Origin: Octopus bimaculoides
Taxonomy: Eukaryota
Reading direction: 5' to 3'
Length of the DNA stretch: 32,258 nucleotides
NCBI RefSeq assembly: GCF_001194135.2
Contig: NC_069000.1
Location: 14,484,903-14,517,160, forward strand
Both the position numbers and the translations under genes were made by a program. The first letter of the stretch is position 1. Each line of letters starts with the position of its first letter. The notes beneath the pieces are model-generated. The model worked only from the letters and a program-made list of their open reading frames with translations, had not been told where the DNA came from and searched no databases. This document shows positions 1 through 8,234 of the stretch, piece after piece.

Positions 1-225
1 TTGTGAGACGCTGCGTTCAATCATGTAAAAACAAATAGTAAATGAGTATATGCATATATACGTACAGGTATATATATATATGAAGTAGTTTTCGTAAACT
101 TATCCTCCGACGCTACTCTATCTCTTTCTCTTTCCTTTCTCCCCCCCTCGTTCTTCCTCTGTACTACTACGTATCTCGCCTTACCCCTCTTGTTCCTCCT
201 CTGTTACTACTACGTATCTCCTTTT

Positions 226-993
226 CCCCGGATGCTCACACCTTTTCAGAAGCAGGAACAAGTTGGTTGCTCCCAGGCTCTTTTTGCAATGTGCCAAGAA
301 AACGAGGACTTTTTCAGCAGACTAATCATACAGGATGAAACACGGGTCCATCACTATGATCCTGAGACTAAAGTCCAGTCGAAGCAATGGAAGCATGATA
401 ACTCACCACCTCCAAAGAAGACTCATACCCAACCCTCGGCAAGCAAGATGATGTTTTTACAGTCTTTTGGGACTAGAGAGGAGTTGTGATGATAGATTTT
501 CTGGCAAAGGGCACCACAATTAACAGGACATATTGTACTTCTCTGCTGCAGAAATTGCGGGATGCCATCAAAGCAGAGAGGCGTGGAATGCTGACCAAAG
601 GGGTTCAGTTTCTCAAGACAGCGTTCCATCCAGTTCACAATGAGCATGTTGGTCAGATGAAAGCACACTTCTGCAGCTATGAAATCCTTCCTCATCCTCC
701 TTACTTTCCCGACCTCACACCATATGACTTCCACCTCTTTCCAATCAAGATGTCTTTTTTGAAGGGGAAGCACTTTTCAGATGATGATGAACCTATTTCC
801 GAGGTAAAATCTTAGCTCCCGACGCAACCTACCATCTTCTACAGACGAGGCCTTCACAGCTGCATCAAGCGATGGGGGAAGTGTGTCACCATTGGTGCTG
901 GCTATGGAGAGAAGGACTAATAATTATGCCAAGTTTCGTTTATCCCAGTCCTTGGGAAGTGGGTCAAGGGAAATCTTTAATGAATGCCACTCG
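226..993 (+). pseudogene. 5'-truncated, frameshifted mariner (DD34D-type) transposase remnant with right TIR
   Basis: Across frames it reads PRML...QDETRVHHYDPETKVQSKQW...QDSVP...HPPYFPDLTPYDFHLF...FYRRGLHSCIKRWGKCVTIGAGYGEKD* (stop 918-920), matching the mariner DETW, QDNA and YSPDLAPSD motifs. It ends in a TIR-like ...TAATGAATGCCACTCG followed by TA (994-995). Confidence 0.92.
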
Positions 994-1269
994 TATTATT
1001 AATAATCGACAGAAGTTACAAAGTGAAGGGCCGAGAGTTTCGTACCAACATGCGAAACACACGACTGTTGAGTGTTTGTGTGTGTGTGTGTGTGTGTGTA
1101 TGCGCGTGCGTATGTTAGAAGCCTGTCGTCACCTGCAAACAAGTACTTCTTAGTAGCATGTACCATGCTTTCGCTAGTTTTAGGTGCCTGTGAAGTCGCA
1201 AAAAGATATAGACACCCCATTAGACTCTCTCACCCTCTGACCCAGCTGTTACATGAAGGGTGCGACATC

Positions 1270-1341
<72 letters not shown>

Positions 1342-1345
<4 letters not shown>

Positions 1346-1514
1346 TGCATCAGTACAAGGGTAGAACTCACTTTTCAGCTGATTAAAGTGGGGCAGTGTA
1401 GTGTCATGAAGTGCTTTGCTCAAGGACACAACGCGTCGCCGTGTTCAGGTCTTCGAACCCACGACGTCATGACAGTGAGTCGAACATTCTAACCACTAGG
1501 CCATGTGCCTTCAC
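1342..1514 (-). mobile_element. tRNA-derived SINE (family D), 5' part, interrupted by (GA)n
   Basis: Minus strand has A-box-like TGGCCTAGTGG and B-box-like GGTTCGAAGACC, followed by GTGTCCTTGAGCAAAGCACTT, which resembles CORE/V-type SINE bodies. Confidence 0.7.
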
Positions 1515-1839
1515 TTATATTTACACACACACACACGCATGCACGCACACAAGCGTGCGAAGACACTCCTACAGGCATCGTTTGCAGTCCACTCCTGAAT
1601 CATCAGATATAACTGATAGCTAAGCAGGTGACTGAAGTCATCTTCTTTGGTATGTTTCTCAACATCCCACACACGACCAAAACAAGTCATCCTACCCCCA
1701 TTTTCTGCAAGTGAAACACTCGTGACTGAAGTAAATTAGATTAAGCTAAGAACACGTCCGACAACGTTTGAAAGAAAAAAAAAACACTTCCATCTTTATA
1801 AACTGGACAGCTTTAACCCACCACTGTAATTCCAATATT

Positions 1840-2760
1840 CGAAATGCAGATGATGCTTTCATTCCTTACACAGCCCTCAAACACTCTCATCTCCCAAACT
1901 GCAAGCGATCCTTTTGGTTCCTTGTCGAAAGGGTCTCTACCAATTTTGCGGTGTTCTTTTATTACTCTCAGCTTTTCAAAAATGACGCCTCATTAATCAA
2001 TACTCTCGTAGAGAAAGCTTCCACTCGTTATCTACTTTGCATTCAACTCCACACTACACACGCAGTAAAACTGTTCCAATACTTACCTCCTCCATTCTAT
2101 TAGATCCATCACCACGTACACATACTCACCGAGTACAAAAACACTTCCAGGCACTTTAAACCAGAAAAACCATTAGCTATGACAGTGTCCCATCCAGTGT
2201 CCCATTACCTTCAAACAACACGTTCCAGAGTTAACCGCTATCTTCGCCAAGTTATTTAATCCTCCATTCTCTCACCCTCTTTACATGCATGGATCTTGAT
2301 CTTTGGTAACATTACTGTGTCTCTCCCAATAAGGGCAACCTTTGCGAACCCTCTTAACTAACAAACTATCGTTCTCACTTCCACCATCTCAAATGGAGTG
2401 GAGACAATCGAGTCGTTAATACCTTCTCCGACGGTTTCAATTTCCTTTTGTTTTCTCTGATCATCAATACGGTTTCTGTGGAGCGAGATCTATTAAAGAT
2501 ATTGTTTATCAATATCACTCAAGAATGGACCTTCGCTCTAAAGAGTTTGGTCGACGACTTTCCACGCGCAAGCGTCATCCATACGCAACCTCGCCAAAAC
2601 TTGCACTGTCTCTCTGAACAGAGACATCGAAGACATTCTCCAGTTGGGGTGCCATCTCAATATTATCTCCTTCAACAGCACAAAGATGCAGTCACTGCTC
2701 ATATTGAGACATGGTTGTACTTACTCACCCCCGTCACGGACAACACGTTACTAAAACTTT
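1840..2760 (+). pseudogene. Decayed non-LTR (Jockey/CR1-group) ORF2 reverse transcriptase fragment
   Basis: Collinear degenerate RT motifs in shifting frames: RSFWFLVERVSTNF (1906), VPELTAIFAKLFN (2222), PNKGNLCEPS-N*QTIVLTSTIS (~NYRPISLTS, 2325), SDHQYGF (2456), VDD (2550, in place of YADD) and NIISFNSTKMQSLLI (2659). There is a large internal deletion. Confidence 0.8.
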
Positions 2761-2799
2761 CAAAGTCGCTATAAATGTTACGTCATAACTACTAACGAA

Positions 2800-2888
2800 C
2801 TCTCTTTGCTTGACTAAAGGCGGTGCTCCAGCATGGCTGCAGTCAAATAACTGAAACAAGTAAAAGAGTAAAAGAGTAAAAAGAGAGT
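2800..2888 (+). mobile_element. 3' tail fragment of SINE family B
   Basis: GACTAAAGGCGGTGCTCCAGCATGGCTGCAGTCAAATAACTGAAACAA followed by (GTAAAAGA)n; the same tail occurs on the full-length copy at 31783-32170. Confidence 0.8.
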
Positions 2889-3022
2889 AATTTTTGTTTC
2901 CGCCGGAGATTATATATATATGGCCATCCATGTATCATACTGCATGTAAATACATCGTTGAAAGGAAGATTTAGTGTGGTAGTCGTCCAGAGATAATATC
3001 TCATATAGACGTGTTGTGTTTA

Positions 3023-3070
<48 letters not shown>

Positions 3071-3170
3071 CTGTGGGAATACACACATTTATCTCACGAA
3101 CACAAACACACATATATATATAAGAAAGAGAGATGACAAAGGAATAAACGATTATCTTATGCACTTCATT

Positions 3171-3254
3171 AGCTTACTGCTGTTTCTGCTATATAAGATG
3201 CAGTGAACTCATAGTTGAGTGCCTGAATAACGTCTTATAAGCTTCATCGGAACC
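3171..3254 (-). ncRNA. Hammerhead-ribozyme-like motif 1 (type I, Penelope-like minimal form, degenerate)
   Basis: Minus strand: GGTT-CCGATGA-A-[GCTTATAAGA...TCTTATATAGC stem II]-A-GAAA-C-AGCA-GTA-AGCT. Stem III is one substitution from the palindrome ACAGCTGT. Core has U4 changed to C. Confidence 0.5.
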
Positions 3255-3379
3255 TCGTATATGAAGTGCAGTTTATTTGGGAAAGAATTACATTTGTGCC
3301 TAATATGGGGAATGGCATCAACAATGAGAAAAATTACCGGTTTTTGGTCTCGCCATGCCTAAGCGAAATATATATATAT

Positions 3380-3665
3380 TCTATTATTCTGTCATGTGTT
3401 TCAGCCCTAAGGTTGTGGCCATGCTGGGGCACCACCAGTGTAATCACCTTTCAATTGGCCAATTCTATGTGATTGCCTTTTGGTGAAGGAGGGAGTTCGA
3501 CACTGCTGCCCTCTTTAGAGGTTCTTGCCTTGATATTGGTTCATCTGGGATCTTGGTCAGCAAGATATCAAGCCCCCACTCCACGGAGATCTCTCAAATA
3601 TTTTGGCAAGGCATCAAATAAGTGTGGGCCCTTGAATCCCAAGTTATTGCAGTACATGGTCCTCA
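3380..3665 (-). mobile_element. 3' end of a CR1/L2-group LINE (ORF2 C-terminus plus 3' UTR tail)
   Basis: Minus strand encodes YCNNLGFKGPHLFDALPKYLRDL...LDILLTKIPDEP...AAVSNSLLHQ, resembling the GPxLFNxLP...PDEP...NSL end of this LINE group. It is followed by the tail GGTGGTGCCCCAGCATGGCCACAACCTTAGGGCTGAAACA. Confidence 0.7.
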
Positions 3666-3671
3666 CCTATA

Positions 3672-3720
3672 TGGTGTTCCAGCATGTCCACAGCCTTGGG
3701 GGCTGAAACGTATTAAAGAA
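3672..3720 (+). mobile_element. Second copy of the same LINE/SINE 3' tail, inverted relative to 3388-3434
   Basis: TGGTGTTCCAGCATGTCCACAGCCTTGGGGGCTGAAAC aligns with the reverse complement of 3388-3434. Confidence 0.7.
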
Positions 3721-3835
3721 TATATATNNNNNNNNNNNNNNNNNNNNNNNNNNNNNNNNNNNNNNNNNNNNNNNNNNNNNNNNNNNNNNNNNNNNNNNNN
3801 NNNNNNNNNNNNNNNNNNNNNNNNNNNNNNNNNNN

Positions 3836-3883
<48 letters not shown>

Positions 3884-3917
3884 GAGAATAGTCCTCGAGG
3901 TGACACTGCAAGGTTCT

Positions 3918-3986
3918 CCCAGCAGAATTAGTCGAAGAACACCTCGACTAGTTTCGCTTGGTACTTACCGGCTCATCGGGTGGGGT
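3918..3986 (-). ncRNA. Hammerhead-ribozyme-like motif 2 (type I, Penelope-like, degenerate)
   Basis: Minus strand: CCGATGA-GC[CGGTAAGTACCAA]GC-GAAA-CTA-GTC, giving a palindromic stem III ACTAGT and a GUC site. An alternative 7-bp stem TAGTCGA/TCGACTA is also possible. Confidence 0.5.
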
Positions 3987-4374
3987 GGCCAATGTTTGGT
4001 TCCTTTGTTCTAGTCACACACAGCCTTACAACTACTTTTCTCGTTTATAAAAAACGTGAAGAGTAGCAGGCACTGCTTTTACTTACACACAATACATTCG
4101 CTGTTGGCGCGTAGCGTATTTAAGTTAAAGCCTAACAAAGGTATGTATAGATAAATTGTAAATCGGAATTTACAAACGTGCGTTGCGTTCAATAAACTCA
4201 CATTTAGCCTCGCTATATATATATATATATCTCAAGCAGGGGTATAACGAAAGTTTTCCATTAAAATTTATAATTAAATTGATAAGTAAGGTTAATATTT
4301 GGTTATGATTTTACCTTTTTCGATGAGTGTGCAGTGTACACCTCGCACACCTGGAATATACGTCCTTGACATAC

Positions 4375-4597
4375 ATAGGAAAGTTGGTTATACATCATTA
4401 GATGTATACCTGACTTTCCTATATAAAATTACGAATATAACGGAACGCTGAACTCCAGACCATCAACTTATACAACATTTATTCAGGTGGTAAATATATA
4501 CATTTTTAGCTCTTGTTGACAGTTGTTACAGCTTCTGTGTGTGTGAGCATAGTTGTTGGGACGTTGTTATGTAGATGTAAGCGAGTTGTCTAGCGTA
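4375..4597 (-). repeat. Left arm of long inverted repeat (LTR-like or TIR-like)
   Basis: Reverse complement of 5759-5974, differing by 4 substitutions and one 7-bp indel (ACAGTTG). Confidence 0.92.
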
Positions 4598-5758
4598 AGT
4601 CCGAAAGATGGAGAGTGACAGCTATACACGTAAAGAGACTGTCTCCAGAGTTGGAATGTTGGAGACACTGCTTGACACGTCCATGCTCATGGCCGGCCGA
4701 CCGAGAAAGAAATAGAATTAAGNNNNNNNNNNNNNNNNNNNNNNNNNNNNNNNNNNNNNNNNNNNNNNNNNNNNNNNNNNNNNNNNNNNNNNNNNNNNNN
4801 NNNNNNNNNNNNNNNNNNNNNNNNNNNNNNNNNNNNNNNNNNNNNNNNNNNNNNNNNNNNNNNNNNNNNNNNNNNNNNNNNNNNNNNNNNNNNNNNNNNN
4901 NNNNNNNNNNNNNNNNNNNNNNNNNNNNNNNNNNNNNNNNNNNNNNNNNNNNNNNNNNNNNNNNNNNNNNNNNNNNNNNNNNNNNNNNNNNNNNNNNNNN
5001 NNNNNNNNNNNNNNNNNNNNNNNNNNNNNNNNNNNNNNNNNNNNNNNNNNNNNNNNNNNNNNNNNNNNNNNNNNNNNNNNNNNNNNNNNNNNNNNNNNNN
5101 NNNNNNNNNNNNNNNNNNNNNNNNNNNNNNNNNNNNNNNNNNNNNNNNNNNNNNNNNNNNNNNNNNNNNNNNNNNNNNNNNNNNNNNNNNNNNNNNNNNN
5201 NNNNNNNNNNNNNNNNNNNNNNNNNNNNNNNNNNNNNNNNNNNNNNNNNNAGTGTCTGTAGAGAAAAAATCCAGTTCGTACAAGAGTCCCACAAGGAGAT
5301 AGAATGTCCTGTTGAAACTTGGCGACGTCGGGGGGAATGCTTGTAGTTAGTTGGTAGTAGTAATTGTTGTCGTCACGGTGGTAATCTTGGTTGAACGAAG
5401 CTGGTGGCGAAAAGGTCACTCGGTGATGGTGTTTGAAGAGGCGCGCTTTTACAGACAATCGACAGACAAATCTCTGTACGACCATTAGCGAAAACCTCGA
5501 AGAAAAATTTTCTTAACCCAAGATGAAAAAACGACCGTGCGAACTCAAAAAGGAGAAATGGTGACGAATGGAAAAACAGAGGACTCCTTTTATTTAAACG
5601 TGTCACACGGTCGAACACAAAAATAATTTATCAATGATGATATACAAATATGTCATCCTACGATAACATAGATTTCGTAAATACCAGTAATGAGACGATA
5701 AAAGATGACAACCGTATGAAATGAATAACAAGAGATATTTAGTGTGGCATAAAAGATG

Positions 5759-5974
5759 TACGCTCGACAGCTCGCTTACATCTACATAACAACGTCCCAA
5801 CAACTATGCTCACACACACAGAAGCTGTAACAACAAGAGCTAAAGATGTATATATTTACTACCTGAATAAATGTTGTATAAGTTGATGGTCTGGAGTTCA
5901 GCGTTCCGTTATATTCGTAATTTTATATAGGAAAGTCAGGTATACATCTAATGATGTATAACCAACTTTCCTAT
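5759..5974 (+). repeat. Right arm of long inverted repeat; LTR-like features
   Basis: 216-bp copy with TATA-like TATATATTT (5849-5857), AATAAA (5866-5871) and a terminal ~50-nt hairpin (5926-5975). It is followed almost directly by a tRNA-Trp-complementary sequence. Confidence 0.92.
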
Positions 5975-5976
5975 AC

Positions 5977-6020
5977 TGGTGACCCCGACGTGATTCGAAC
6001 ACGCAGCCCGCTGAGCTGCA
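5977..6020 (-). other. 3' portion of mature tRNA-Trp(CCA) including CCA tail; on the + strand a primer-binding-site-like sequence
   Basis: TGGTGACCCCGACGTGATTCGAACACGCAGCC is the reverse complement of GGCTGCGTGTTCGAATCACGTCGGGGTCA-CCA, the metazoan tRNA-Trp 3' end as I recall it (32 nt). Partial similarity continues to 6020. It is not a full tRNA gene. Confidence 0.85.
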
Positions 6021-6635
6021 ATAACCCACTTTCTTATAANNNNNNNNNNNNNNNNNNNNNNNNNNNNNNNNNNNNNNNNNNNNNNNNNNNNNNNNNNNNN
6101 NNNNNNNNNNNNNNNNNNNNNNNNNNNNNNNNNNNNNNNNNNNNNNNNNNNNNNNNNNNNNNNNNNNNNNNNNNNNNNNNNNNNNNNNNNNNNNNNNNNN
6201 NNNNNNNNNNNNNNNNNNNNNNNNNNNNNNNNNNNNNNNNNNNNNNNNNNNNNNNNNNNNNNNNNNNNNNNNNNNNNNNNNNNNNNNNNNNNNNNNNNNN
6301 NNNNNNNNNNNNNNNNNNNNNNNNNNNNNNNNNNNNNNNNNNNNNNNNNNNNNNNNNNNNNNNNNNNNNNNNNNNNNNNNNNNNNNNNNNNNNNNNNNNN
6401 NNNNNNNNNNNNNNNNNNNNNNNNNNNNNNNNNNNNNNNNNNNNNNNNNNNNNNNNNNNNNNNNNNNNNNNNNNNNNNNNNNNNNNNNNNNNNNNNNNNN
6501 NNNNNNNNNNNNNNNNNNNNNNNNNNNNNNNNNNNNNNNNNNNNNNNNNNNNNNNNNNNNNNNNNNNNNNNNNNNNNNNNNNNNNNNNNNNNNNNNNNNN
6601 NNNNNNNNNNNATATATATATATATATATATATAA

Positions 6636-6765
6636 GCCGCTACGCTATGAGTTCAAATTCAGCCGAGGTCGACTTTGCTTTCCTTTCATCTCTTTCGAGG
6701 TCGATAAATTAAGTACCAGTTGAGTACTGAAGTCGATGTAATCGACTTCCCCCTTGTGCCTATAG
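6636..6765 (+). mobile_element. SINE family A, partial
   Basis: GAGTTCAAATTC-GCCGAGGTCGACTTTGC...TTTCATC...GGTCGATAAATTAAGTACCAG body shared with the full copies at 14606 and 22289. Confidence 0.8.
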
Positions 6766-6818
6766 CATATAGATAGATACAGGCATACATAGACCCACGT
6801 ATTCAACGAATTTCTTTG

Positions 6819-6996
6819 CGGTCACTCGACTTGCCAGAAATAGCAGCCAAAATCTCTCCCAACTCAAATCGTACCCTTTAGATAGGGTAGAATATATTGC
6901 ATAATGTACAGTTATGGACACTCTTAAAAAGACAGACGTAATGGTTTTTGATCATAGTTTTTCTCGATCTGGGTTTCCTCGGGGCTAAACCACATC
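6819..6996 (+). mobile_element. Interspersed repeat family E (second copy on the minus strand at 9304-9510)
   Basis: GTCACTCGACTTGCCAGAAATAGCAGCCA...CTCGATC..GG...C..GGGGCTAAA matches the reverse complement of 9304-9510. Confidence 0.65.
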
Positions 6997-7124
6997 TATA
7001 GGGATTTTTATCACACGGTCATACATTTGTGTGTGTGTATGCATGCATACAAGGTTATGGAACGCTTATCAATTTGCAACAATGTTAATTTGAAAAGGAG
7101 TATTATTTTATTGGCAGAAAGTAC

Positions 7125-7145
7125 TTATGTATGTATGTATGTATG

Positions 7146-7191
<46 letters not shown>

Positions 7192-7192
7192 C

Positions 7193-7228
<36 letters not shown>

Positions 7229-7480
7229 TATTCTATATACCTTATCAATCATTCTATACACCTTATGTATGTATCTATCTATTTATCTATATACCTTATC
7301 TATCTATCTATATACCTTATCTATCTATCTATCTATCTATATATCTATCTATCTATCTATCTATTATTCTATATTCCTTATCAGTCATTCTATATACCTT
7401 ATCTATCTATCTATCTATTATTCTATATTCCTTATCAGTCATTCTATATACCTTATCTATCTATCTATCTACATACATAC
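7125..7480. repeat. (ATGT)n/(ATCT)n microsatellite with an embedded 54-bp higher-order unit
   Basis: Unit TATTATTCTATATTCCTTATCAGTCATTCTATATACCTTATCT... starts at 7362 and 7416, with a diverged copy at 7226. Confidence 0.9.
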
Positions 7481-8182
7481 ATGTATATATAACATATTTA
7501 CATGTATATATAACGTATACATGTGCAATGTATGTGTGCATGTGTGAAAGGTCACGTATGCACCTATTCCTGTCAGTGCAAATATACTTCAATATATAAA
7601 TGCTTAGAATATGCATGGTAGCTCGGTAATATATTTTAATCGTTTCATTGTACGTTTGTGTACACGAAAACACGTGCCTGCTTATATTCATACAAACAGC
7701 TTTTTTTTTTTTGCGAAATAATAACGGCTATTTTCGTTTTCTAAATAAAAAGTATGCGATATTTCAAAATAAAACATCCGCTAAATCAGTCGTGAATACG
7801 TAAATAAGCAAGCCGAAAGCCGACCACTATGGAAAACGAAATCATCATTTTCATATCTGTGGGGTCATGGCAATAATTATAACACTATCACATCACAAAC
7901 GTGAGAAGAAATCGTTGGTGGCAATATCCTGCTTGTGCCTTCCTCTTCCTCCTTTGCCATCTTCTAACTCCTGTCATTTCGTAATACGAAAGAAAGATGT
8001 AATTTGAAATCACACCCCATCAGTGCTCGCTCTAACCCGGCACTATTTTTAGTCGGCCACAAACAGCTGATCGTTTCGCGACTGCTGTTGTTGCTAAGAA
8101 CTGTAATTTTGTTGTCCTGACGTTAAATATAACTGACTATCTCAGAATTATTAAGTGTCTAAAAGTCCAACTAGTTATATAT

Positions 8183-8234
8183 ATGGATGAAGACTGTCAC
8201 TGGAACTCCCTCGACGCAATCCGCATCTCAGAAG
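8183..8234 (+). CDS. Candidate first coding exon (MDEDCHWNSLDAIRISE, phase-1 donor), product unknown
   Basis: ATG in a CpG-rich, non-repetitive segment; open frame up to AAG|GTAAAT. No homology recognised. Confidence 0.2.

Noticed and set aside
151-220. Two copies of TTCYTCCTCTGT(T)ACTACTACGTATCTC about 42 bp apart
   Set aside because: Low-complexity local duplication with no further structure.
7027-7599. 190-aa and overlapping YLSI-repeat ORFs
   Set aside because: Translations of (ATCT)n, which lacks stops in these frames.
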